A DNA stretch of 64,000 nucleotides, from contig JAPDFW010000106.1 in NCBI GenBank assembly GCA_028826165.1, positions 149,491-213,490 on the forward strand, read 5' to 3'. Below, piece by piece: positions 51,301 through 62,495 of the stretch. How positions within the stretch are numbered: position 1 is the stretch's first letter; each line of letters begins with the position of its first letter. The notes under the pieces are model-generated. The model did not search any database. It saw only the letters and a list, made by a program, of their open reading frames with translations, and was not told where the DNA came from. Position numbers and translations under genes: made by a program. This DNA is from Anaeramoeba ignava BMAN (Eukaryota; Protista; Anaeramoebae).

Positions 51301-54300
51301 AAATCAAAATCAAAATCAAGATCAGAATCAGAATCAGATTCAGATTCAGATTCGAATTCAGATTCAAATTCAAATTCAGATTCAAATTCAAATTCAAATT
51401 CAGATTCAGATTCAGATTCAGATTCAGATTTCAAATCAAGATCAAATTCAAATTCTGAAACAGATTCAGATGAGGATTAAAAAGGGAAATCCCTTAGAAC
51501 ACAATCAATTTCTTCAATAATTTTAATGAATTTTCTTGGTTTTTAATCGGTTTTTTTTTGATTGAAATTCAAAATATTCTCGATCAATAATTCTTCATCC
51601 TTTTTTTTTAAAATTCATTTTCCTTTTTTTTTTTCGATTCATGGAATCAATTAATAAAATTCATCTTCAACAATTTTCTTTTTCCACTTTTTTTCTTTAT
51701 TAATTTAAAGGAGGAGAAGAATCAAATATTGGGATCATAACTGTGCAATAATAATAATAATAAATGAAGAAAAAGCTTCTAAGTTCTTTTGTTTTTTTTC
51801 TTCTTATGTTAACTCGAAATCAATTAATTGCATTTTTTTGTTGACTTTTCAATTTCTAGAGAAAATCATAAAGAAATAAGTTCTGCACAAACAGAAAACG
51901 TATTTATCAATTAAAATCGATTCAAAATTGAATTGAATTAAATTGAATTAAATTGAATTAAATTGATTTGAATTGATTTGAATATTTTAGGTAAAAAGTA
52001 AGATGAGATGATTTTCCCATAATTATTTGATTAGAAAAAAAAATGGAAAAGAGAAATAATGATAGATACATTGGAAAAACAGAAAAAAAAAGGATTGATT
52101 ACTCTCACTATTATATAATTTTATCATTTTGAATTGGGATAGATTTTTTTGATAAATTGATTTTTCTGGAATTTCATTTTCATCTTATTTTGATTCTAAT
52201 TGTAAAACGAAATTGGAATTAAAAATAATTTATAAAATAACATTAATTTAAAATAAAATTAAAAATTAAAAAACTTTCTAATTTTAATTAAAGATTTTAT
52301 ATAAAAAGAAATAAGAACAAAAAAGAAAGAAATAAAATTATTTTTAAATAGATTTTCTTTATTGAAAAAAAAATCTGGAATTAAAAATAATTTATAAAAT
52401 AACATTAATTTAAAATAAAATTAAAAATTAAAAAACTTTCTAAATTAATTAAAGATTTTATATAAAAAGAAATAAGATCAAAAAAGAAAAGAAATAAAAT
52501 TATTTTTAAATAGATTTTCTTTATTGAGAAAAAAAATCTGGAATTTAAAATAATTTATAAAATAACATTAATTTAAAATAAAATTAAGAATTAAAAAACT
52601 TTCCAAATTAATTAAAGATTTTATATAAAAAGAAATAAGAACAAAAGAAAGAAATAAAATAAAATTATTTTTAAATAGATTTTCTTTATTGAGAAAAAAA
52701 ATCTGGAATTTAAAATAATTTATAAAATAACATTAATTTAAAATAAAATTAAAAATTAAAAAACTTTCCAAATTAATTAAAGATTTTATATAAAAAGAAA
52801 TAACAAAAAAAAGAAAAGAAATAAAATTATTTTTAAATAGATTTTCTTTATTGAAAAAAAAATTTGGAATTAAAAATAATTTATAAAATAACATAAATTT
52901 AAAATAAAATTAATAATTAAAAAACTTTCTAATTTTAATTAAAGATTTTATATAAAAAGAAATAAGAACAAAAAAGAAAGGAAATAAAATTATTTTTAAT
53001 TAGATTTTCTTTATTGAAAAAAAAAATCCAAAAAAATCAAAAAAAATTCCAATTTTCTTAAAATTACTTGAATTTAATTTTTAATGGAAATTATTTATTC
53101 AATTTAAATCAAAAATTATGATATTTTTATAACTCAAAAAAAAATAATCAAATCCATTTTTTTTCTTTTTTTGGATAATAAATATTTTATATTAAATCAA
53201 ATTCAATTTTAAAATTATAATTAATGAATATTTATTTATTTTTATCTTAATTTTTATTCTTCCAATTCTTATATTCAAATGCTAAATATTATAAATTTTG
53301 AAAAGAAATCAAAAAAAATTAATAAATTTATTTCAACTATTTTTAATAATTTTAATAAATAATTAATTTGTAATTTGATTTCAGATATTAATTAAAATAA
53401 GAATTTTTACTTATTTAGGTATTTTTATATTTATCAGAATGAAAATTGATATTTTGAATAATTTTAAAAAAAGAATTTAAAAAAAATTTGGAATAAAAAA
53501 ATCAAGAAATATTTAAGGATTAATTTAATATATTATTTAAAAAATAAATATTAGAGAGTCATAAGAGATGTTTTAAATATATTTTATTTCTTAATTAAAA
53601 TCAAATTTATCAAAACAAAAGAATGAAATGGTTTCAATTCAATTATAAAATTAATAATAACAAAAGTGAAATTAGATTTTGATTCAGATTAAAATTGATT
53701 TAATTCTTTCTAATTCTCTAATTTGAAATATTAATTTTCAGAATTTTTAAACAATGAATGTAATATTAAACTGAATTCTATAAATTGATAAAATCTTTAT
53801 ATTTCTATCAAAGTAAATGAAAATTAAACTCCAAAAAAAATAAAAATGGAAACTTTAAATTAAAAACCAATTTTATTTTTTGAATTAAATAATTAAATAA
53901 AAAAAATTTATAATTTAAAATTCATTCAATCATAATAAAAATAGTTTTTTTTTGATTAAATTGGAATTTCTTTTAAATTATAAACTTTAAGAAAAATCTT
54001 TATTTTATTATTTTTTTCCGATTTTATTTTTTTAATTTAATTTTTGATTTGTGAAGATAAAAATTAAGATTAAATAAATAAAACATCCTAAAATAAATAA
54101 ATATAAAAAAATATTACAAAAAAACTTTTATGAATATAGAATTAATTATCGAAAATAATAAAAGAATATTTTAATAATTTATGAAATTATTTAATATCAT
54201 TTAATCAAGAAAATAAAACTTATAATTAAAGCTTCAGGAATATAACTCAATTAAAAATCAAATAATAAAAGAATATTTCTGGGAGATATTTATTAAAAAT

Positions 54301-57300
54301 ATTAAAACTTAAGATTTTATTTGAGACAACAAAAAAAAGAAAATATGAGTATTTTGAATTTACTCAATTTATTTTATTTTTGAATATAATAAAAAGTAGA
54401 GAATAAACAACAAAAATGAATTTCCAAAATTACTATTACATGTTTGTAATTAATATTTAAAAAAAGTAAATAAAAAAACTTGATATTTCTTTATTGAAAA
54501 AATGATGTTTTTTAGAGCTGAGTAATCAAAATTTAGAAAAAGAGAATTAAATTAAAAAGAGCAAGACATAAAATTAAGATTTAAATATCTTGAAGAAAAA
54601 ATTGAGAGCTTTTTGGAAATTTAAACTTGATAACTTTTTTGAATTATTGGAATAAAGGAAAAATTCATCTTAAATTTGTGAGATATTATTTGCAAATGAT
54701 CTGAATAGATTGATAAAATAATAAGTGAAAATAGAGTTGGAAAAGAAAAAATGAATTAAATGATAAAAAATAATCAAAAACAAAGATAGATGAAATATCT
54801 AATTTAAGAAAAAATATGAAAAAGAATAACAATTAAAAACAAAGAATTTTTTTTGAGAATGAAAAAGATATATTAAATAAAACAAAATGAGAAAAGTAAT
54901 TAGGAGAAGAAATAAGAAAAAAAGAAATTAAATCAAAAAAAAAGATAGTTAACTTGAAGAAAATGAGGATTTATGAAGCAGAAAAATATTTTAAAGAGAA
55001 TCAAAAAAATGAAAAAATGGGAATGAATATTTCAGTGTAATTATTTCGGGATTCTGAATTAAAAAAAGGAAAATTAAACATAATAATGAGAAGTAATTAT
55101 ATAAATAAAATTGATTTATGTTTGCTTCTAAATTGTTTGTACCAAAAAAAAAATAAAAAAGAGATCATAAATTTTTCATATTTTGAATTGTGATAAGGGA
55201 AATTGATGAAAAGAGAATTATTTTAATCAGAATTAAGCATCAAAAATGTGTTTAAAATGAAAATCAAAAAAATTGTAAAAAAAGTAGATAAAAATAGGCA
55301 GTAGATCAAAATAGGTCAAATTTACCCCTACCATTTTTTTTTGGATTTTAATTAATAATTAATATTTAATAATTATTTATTTATTATTTTGTAAATTTAT
55401 TTAATTTTGATTTATTTTTTTGGAATTATTTTTTGATATTTTTTTGATTTAATTTTTAATTTTGAAATTCAAAAAAAAATGGAAAATAAATAATATTTAG
55501 GATTTTTGGATTTAATTATTATTATTTTTTATTTACCTTCATTATTAAAAGCAATATTCCATAAAGCTCCACACCCATATTTTTGAATATCTTGATTATT
55601 TAGGAAATTATTCATTGATTTAATAATAGGTTTAATTCCTTTTAAATTTCTAATTTCAATTTGATTTTCTATTTTATTATTTTTATTTTTGAAAATAAAT
55701 TTGAAATTGATTAATTTTTTTTTTGGATTTTAATTAATAATTAATAATTAATAATTATTTATTTATTATTTTGTAAATTTATTTAATTTTTGGATTTATT
55801 TTTTTGGAATTATTTTTTGATATTTTTTGATTTAATTTTTAATTTTGAAATTTCAAAAAAAAATGGAAAATAAATAATATTTAGATTTTTGGATTTAATT
55901 ATTATTTTTAATTTTTATTTACCATTATTATCAGCAATATTCGATAAAGCTCCACATCCATTTTCTTGAATATCTTGATTATTTAGGAAATTATTCATTG
56001 ATTTAATAATAGGTTTAATTCCTTTTAAATTTCTAATTTCAATTTGATTTTCTATTTTAATATTTTTATTTTTGAAAATAAATTTGAAATTGATTAATTT
56101 TTTTTTTGGATTTTAATTAATAATTAATATTTAATAATTATTTATTTATTATTTTGTAAATTTATTTAATTTTAATTTATTTTTTTGGAATTATTTTTTG
56201 GTATTTTTTGGATTTAATTTTTAATTTTGAAATTCAAAAAAAAATGGAAAATAAACAATATTTAGATTTTTGGATTTAATTATTATTTTTTATTTACCAT
56301 CATTAATAGAAATACTCTCTAAAGCTCCACATCCATTAATTTGAATATTTTCATAATAATAGTAATTATTCATTGCTTTAATAACACATTTTATTCCATT
56401 TAAATTTCTAAGTTTATTTCGATTATCTTTAATTATTGAATTTTAATATTTATTTTGAATTTTGTTTTCATAATTAGAAATTAAACCAAAAAATAATTTT
56501 AATTTAAATTTTAATTTTGGAAAATAATAAAAAGATATAAAATTTTACATTCATTTTCTCCTGCAAATTTTAGTAAAATAAAACATCCATTTTCTTGAAT
56601 TTTGTAATTATTTGGGCATTGTTTCATATATTTTATTGTTTCTTCAATAGAATCTTTTTTAATTTAAATTTAAATTTGAAAATAATTTTTTAATAATTTC
56701 AAGTTCAAATTTAAAACAATTTACTTTGATTTAAATTTGAAATTTGATTTATAAATTTTTCTAAAGTTTGATTTCCTTTTTCAGAAACATTCATTTCTAA
56801 TTCTTGTTTAATTTCTTTGATCTTATTTTTTTGTTTTTGAATTTTGCTTTCTTTTTTTTGAATAGTTCGCTTAAGTTGTTTTATTTCTTTTTTTTTTTGG
56901 CGATTAGATTCATGAAGTTCATTAATTTCGTTTTTTTTTTTGACTTTAAATTGATGAAGTTGATTTATTTCTTCGTCTTTTTGTTGAATAGTTTGCTTTA
57001 ATTGATTTATTTCTTGATCTTTTTGTTGAATAGATTGATTAAGTTGATTAATTTCTGAATCTTTTTGTTGAATATTTCTTTTAAATTGATTAATTTCTGA
57101 ATCTTTTTGTTGAATATTTCTTTTAAATTGATTTATTTCTTGATCTTTTTGTTGAATATCTCTTTTAAATTGATTAATTTCTTGATCTTTTTGTTGAATA
57201 GATTGATTTAGTTGGTTAATTTCTTGATCTTTTTCTTCAATAGATTCTTCAAGTTTATTGATTTCTTGTTTTTTTTGACGTTTAGATTGATTTAGTTGGT

Positions 57301-59806
57301 TAATTTCTTCATCTTTTTCTTCAATAGATTCTTCAAGTTGATTTATTTCTTGATCTTTTTGTTGAATATTTCTTTTAAATTGATTAATTTCTTGATCTTT
57401 TTGTTGAATAGATTGATTAAGTTGATTAATTTCTGAATCTTTTTGTTGAATATTTCTTTTAAATTGATTAATTTCTTGATCTTTTTGTTGAATATTTCTT
57501 TTAAATTGATTAATTTCTTGATCTTTTTGTTGAATATTTCTTTTAAATTGATTAATTTCTTGATCTTTTTGTTGAATATTTCTTTTAAATTGATTAATTT
57601 CTGAATCTTTTTGTTGAATATTTCTTTTAAATTGATTAATTTCTTGATCTTTTTGTTGAATAGATTGATTAAGTTGATTAATTTCTTGATCTTTTTGTTG
57701 AATATTTCTTTTAAATTGATTAATTTCTGAATCTTTTTGTTGAATATTTCTTTTAAATTGATTTATTTCTTGATCTTTTTGTTGAATAGATTGATTAAGT
57801 TGATTAATTTCTTGATCTTTTTGTTGAATATCTCTTTTAAATTGATTTATTTCTTGATCTTTTTGTTGAATATTTCTTTTAAATTGATTAATTTCTTGAT
57901 CTTTTTGTTGAATAGATTGATTAAGTTGATTAATTTCTTGATCTTTTTGTTGAATATTTCTTTTAAATTGATTTATTTCTTGATCTTTTTGTTGAATAGA
58001 TTGATTAAGTTGATTAATTTCTTGATCTTTTTGTTGAATATTTCTTTTAAATTGATTAATTTCTGAATCTTTTTGTTGAATATCTCGATTAAGTTGATTA
58101 ATTTCTTGATCTTTTTGTTGAATAGTTTGTTTAAATTGATTAATTTCTGAATCTTTTTGTTGAATATCTCGATTAAGTTGATTAATTTCTTGATCTTTTT
58201 GTTGAATATTTCTTTTAAATTGATTAATTTCTGAATCTTTTTGTTGAATATCTCGATTAAGTTGATTAATTTCTTGATTTTTTTGTTGAATAGATTGTTT
58301 AAGTTTTTTGTTTTCTTTATTTAATTCTTGATTTTTTTGATTAATTAATTGAAGTTGATCAGTTGGAGATAAAATTGGATTATTTTGAGTTCTTGAATAA
58401 TTTGAAATAAATCCTTTATTTTTTATATTATCAATAATTAAATAAAAATCTTGAATTTCATTATTAATTTCTTGAATTTGAATTGGATCAATATATTTTT
58501 CTTTATTTATTAAATTTTTATTGCTTTTTTTAAATTTATTTTTCCAATCTTGAGCTAATTTCCAAATTAAATTTATTCTGTTTTCTTTTGGTGTTGATTG
58601 AATAATTTGAATAATTTCTGTTAATTCTTTATTATTAATTTTTCCAGTTTGATTTTCTTCAATAATTTTATTAATATTTTCTTTAATAAACTTTTCACAA
58701 AAATTTGTAAGATAATTTGATTCAATGGAAATACTTTTGAAATAAATTGGAATAACATTCTTTTTATTAATTTGTTCTGAAACTTCTTTTTCAATTTTGA
58801 TTATTAAACTTGTTAATTTAAAATATTTTGAAAGTTGAAAATATTTTTCAAATTTGTTTAAATCAAATTTAAATTCTGAATCATAAAGAAATGAAATGAT
58901 TGGTTTAACAATATCATATTCAAATTGTGGAAGATATAATTCTTCAGTTTCTGGTTCTTCATGATGATTTTCATAAAAAAATCTTGATCTTGAATTAAGT
59001 ATTGATTTATGACAAGGAATTTTTTGATTATTTTTTCCAGCATAAATTGTAAAATCACAATTTTCTTCATTTTGAAACATTATTTTATAATTTGAAAGAA
59101 GTTCACAAATTAAAAATTTATTCATTTCTTGTGGAGGAAATTGATATAATTTTGATATTTGGATTTTTTGTGATTTTTCTTTTGAATAAATTTCTTGAAA
59201 TGTAATTTTTTGGATTTGATTTTCAATTTGATTTTCAATTTGAATTTGAATTTGATTTTGTTGATGATGATATTGATGATGATGACGATGATGATGATGA
59301 TGATGTTTATTTAGATTTTGATTTTGATTTTGATTTTGGTTTTCATTTTGAATTTGATTTTGATTTTTATTTTGATTTTGATTTTGATTTTGATTTTGAT
59401 TTTGATTTTGATTTTGATTTTGATTTTGATTTTGATTTTGATTTTGATTTTGATTTTGATTTTGATTTTGATTTTGATTTTGATTTTGATTTTTGTTTTT
59501 ATTTTGATTTTGATTTTGATTTTGAATTTGATTTTGATTTTGATTTTGATTTTGATTTTGATTTTGATTTTGATTTTGATTTTGATTTTGATTTTGATTT
59601 TGATTTTGATTTTGATTTTGATTTTGATTTTGATTTTTATTTTGATTTTTATTTTGATTTTTGTTTTTATTTTGATTTTGATTTTTGTTTTTATTTTGAT
59701 TTTGAATTTGATTTTGGTTTTTATTTTGATTTTGATTTTGATTTTGATTATTTGATTTTGATTTTGATTTCTTTTTTGAAAATAAAGATGAGAAAAAAGG
59801 TCGCAT
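39317..59806 (-). CDS. BTB - coiled coil - armadillo repeat protein (gene B), 16 exons: 59806-56725, 56653-56549, 56426-56298, 56051-55923, 55668-55537, [MULE in intron], 43199-43068, 42822-42691, 42439-42308, 42060-41929, 41671-41540, 41293-41165, 40923-40795, 40553-40422, 40175-40047, 39804-39673, 39477-~39317
   Basis: Likely ATG at 59806 (MRPFFSS); BTB CDFTIYAG...CHKSILNSRSRFF; 14-aa coiled-coil repeats. All introns are GT-AG phase 1 and the internal exons are stop-free multiples of 3. The stop is at 39317 as sequenced, or at 39351 if one A was lost from an A-run. Confidence 0.85.
46201..48203. repeat. 12-bp minisatellite (TTATTTATTAAA / TTATTAATTAAA), ~2 kb, inside the MULE
   Basis: Direct reading; source of the IKLF/IKLL ORF. 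Confidence 0.92.
49353..51480 (+). CDS. MULE DDE transposase with N-terminal FLYWCH/WRKY-like zinc finger; frameshift in A-run at ~50795 before a low-complexity tail
   Basis: IDGYPF...WYRC...C...H; FIDGTFK (D), TIDFE (D), GCYFHYCQ (CxxH), RTNGCVERYN (E). The EK-repeat tail continues in the 50641-51480 frame. Confidence 0.9.
52215..53025. repeat. ~163-bp tandem repeat, 5 copies, inside the MULE
   Basis: 'ggaatt(a/t)aaaataatttataaaataacat' at ~52215, 52377, 52540, 52706 and 52866. Confidence 0.88.
56960..58290 (-). repeat. Coding 42-bp minisatellite: ~30 copies of 14-aa IQQKD(Q/S)EINQ(FKRN/LNQS)
   Basis: Visible in ORF 56711-59941; double-heptad periodicity. Confidence 0.9.
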
Positions 59807-60995
59807 GGTGTTTCCTTTGATGTGAAATGAGAAAAAAAAAGGAAAAAGAAAAAGTGGACATTTTGTTTTTTTAAAGGAATAAATAAAATAAATATTTATG
59901 AAATAATAATAAATTAATAATAAAAATATTTTATTTTTCATTTTTATTTGTAATTAAATTTAAATTGTAATTTTTTATTGATAATTTTTAAATAAAAAAT
60001 TTTGAATTTATTTTTTCTCTTTTTTGTTTATTTAAATAATATTTAAATAATATTAAATTAATAAGTAATTAATAATTATTTTGTTTCAATTTCATTTATA
60101 TTTTATATTTTTATTATTATTTATTATTAAATTTATTTTTATTTATGTTTTAAAATTAAGAAAAATATTTACTTAATTTTAAATTGTTTTTGAAAAGAAA
60201 AAATGAAAAAAATAAAAAATGGAATAAAGAATATTAAATAATTGAATTTAAAATTAATTCTATTTTATATATTTTATTAATATTTCTTTATTTAAAATAA
60301 TATAAAATTATTCCCAATAATTAAATAAAATTAATAAAAATATTTTTAATTAATTTATTTAAAAATGGAATAAAGAATATTAAATAATTAAATTTAAAAT
60401 TAATTCTATTTTATATATTTTATTAATATTTCTTTATTTAAAATAATATAAAATTATTCCCAATAATTAAATAAAATTGAAAAGAAAATTGAAATTTGTT
60501 AATAAAGATAAAAATTGAATTTTAATAATTTTTATCAATAATTTAAATTGAATTGAATTTATTTTCTATTTAAATAATATTTTCATTGCTTAAATTAATA
60601 TTTTTGAATATTTAGTAATCCAATTTTAATTATAATAAAATATATTGAAAATGAAAATTTAAATTGAAAATTGTTTAAAATATTTTAATAAAGATAAAAA
60701 TTAAATTTTAATAAGATTTAATAATAAATTTTAATTAATTTTTTCTTAAATTATCTAATAATAAATAATTTAAATTTAATTATTATTAATTTCTATTTTC
60801 AATTTTTATTTTTGTTTATTATCTTGAAAAAACAATTTTTCATTTTTTTTATTAAATTTTTAATAATAATTTTAAATTAATTTGAATTGTTTAAAATTTA
60901 GTTTCTTTTCCTATTTATTAATTTAAAGAAGTTAATTTAATTGAAAGTAAAAGAAAATAAAATTGAATTTTGAAAAAGAAATGAAAAAATATTTT

Positions 60996-62393
60996 TTAAA
61001 TGAAATAAGTTTCAAGTTCATCAACAATCCATTTATTCCAAGAACCAGCTAAATAATTTTTAGATTCATTTGTTCCATATTTAATTCCTTTAGGAAGATT
61101 ATAAGTTTTACCAAAATTTGAACCATCAAGTTGTAAATTAGAATTTAACCAAAAATCATGTCCATTTCCAAAAATTGCACCATAAATTGAATAAGATTTA
61201 ACAGCATATCTTTCTTCATCTTGATTAATTGTAAATTTTTCTGGTTTTCTATTATTCTTATCATTTCTTAATGAAAAAATAAAAGCATTTGGATCATTAC
61301 TATATTCTCCAATGATTGAATGTTTAAATCCAACTTGAGTAAATCCTCCAAAAATAAAATTATCTTTTGTTTTGATAATAATTAATGTTTTTCCTTTATT
61401 ATCACATTTATTATGCCATTTTTTACAATCAAATCCATCTCTTTTTGCTGAATATCCTTTTTTCATTTTATAAAAGAATTCATTATCATTTATCCATTCT
61501 TTTAATTTCTTGAAATATTTAAATTCTTTAATAATTTCTGAAGAATTTAAACCAAAATTTGATTTGAAAATTAATGAATTTTGATTTTGAATTTCTTTTT
61601 GAATAAATTGATTTAATTCTTTTTCATTTTCTTCAAGTTTTTGGAATTGAAATAATTTTTGTGAAATTTGATTTGGAATTAAATCTTCTTTCAAAGTATC
61701 TTTAAGTTCTTTATTTGAGAAATCAATAAATCTAATTTTTTGAATAATATTTGAAATTTGATTAATATTTAATTTATATTTTCCCCATTTTATTATTGTT
61801 TGGAAAAGTTCAAATTCATTTATTAAAATTTTATTATTTGATAAAATTAAATTTAAATGATTTTCTTCAAGTTCAAGAAAAAATGAAGTTTTAATAAATT
61901 TATCAAAATTTTTAGAAATAAATTGATAAGAATAATCTAATAATTGATTGAAGTTCATTGATTCAGATAATTTAAGAATATCAACAATAGTTTCAATTTG
62001 TAAATTATTTTTGATAAAATTTAAAGAAATTTCAATTAATTCATCAATTAAATATTTTGATGAAAAAATTAAAATTTCAATAACATTTTCTAAATTAATT
62101 TCAATTTTTCCTGAATAAAAATATTTCAAAATTGAAAATAGAATTGAATTTGAAACATCTTTAAGAATTAATTTATTTTCTTGAAATTCTTTCATTTTTG
62201 AATTAAAAAGAGATTTAAAATAATAATTTCTTGAAGAAAGAATTGATTTATGAGTTTTAAATGAAGATTTATTTTGTTCACAAATTATTTGAAAATCAAA
62301 ATAACTTTCATTTTGATTTTGATTTTGATTTTGATTTTGAAATAAATTTTTTAAATCATTTGAAAGTTTTTCTAAATTTAAATAAGTTTCCAT
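60996..62393 (-). CDS. BTB-BACK-TLDc protein; likely start METYLNLE at 62393
   Basis: THKSILSSRNYYFKSLFNSKMKE, EFELFQTIIKW, IRFIDFS; TLDc YSAKRDGF...WHNKCDNKGKTLIIIKTKDNFIFGGFT...FGNGHD...ELETY. Confidence 0.9.
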   Translation of the reverse strand: METYLNLEKLSNDLKNLFQNQNQNQNQNESYFDFQIICEQNKSSFKTHKSILSSRNYYFKSLFNSKMKEFQENKLILKDVSNSILFSILKYFYSGKIEINLENVIEILIFSSKYLIDELIEISLNFIKNNLQIETIVDILKLSESMNFNQLLDYSYQFISKNFDKFIKTSFFLELEENHLNLILSNNKILINEFELFQTIIKWGKYKLNINQISNIIQKIRFIDFSNKELKDTLKEDLIPNQISQKLFQFQKLEENEKELNQFIQKEIQNQNSLIFKSNFGLNSSEIIKEFKYFKKLKEWINDNEFFYKMKKGYSAKRDGFDCKKWHNKCDNKGKTLIIIKTKDNFIFGGFTQVGFKHSIIGEYSNDPNAFIFSLRNDKNNRKPEKFTINQDEERYAVKSYSIYGAIFGNGHDFWLNSNLQLDGSNFGKTYNLPKGIKYGTNESKNYLAGSWNKWIVDELETYFI

Positions 62394-62495
62394 TTTTGAA
62401 ATAAAAAAAATTAAAAAAAAAATGAATTTAAAAAATTTTTTCATTTTTTTCTTTCTTTTTTTAAAATAAAAACAAAAACAAAAACAAAAACAAAA

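Larger units (their letters stand above)
43253..55332 (+). mobile_element. Mutator-like (MULE) DNA transposon, ~12.1 kb, inserted in an intron of gene B
   Basis: CCTATTTTGATCTACTGCCTA (43269-43289) is the exact inverse of TAGGCAGTAGATCAAAATAGG (55295-55315). Termini are GG...CC and both flanks carry A(T)n. The flanks join to rebuild the standard repeated intron, and a MULE transposase lies inside. Confidence 0.88.

Noticed and set aside
59807-59941. N-terminal hydrophobic extension of ORF 56711-59941 (and 62394-62525) as a signal peptide
   Set aside because: T-rich upstream sequence read through by chance; downstream ATGs at 59806 and 62393 fit cytosolic BTB proteins better.
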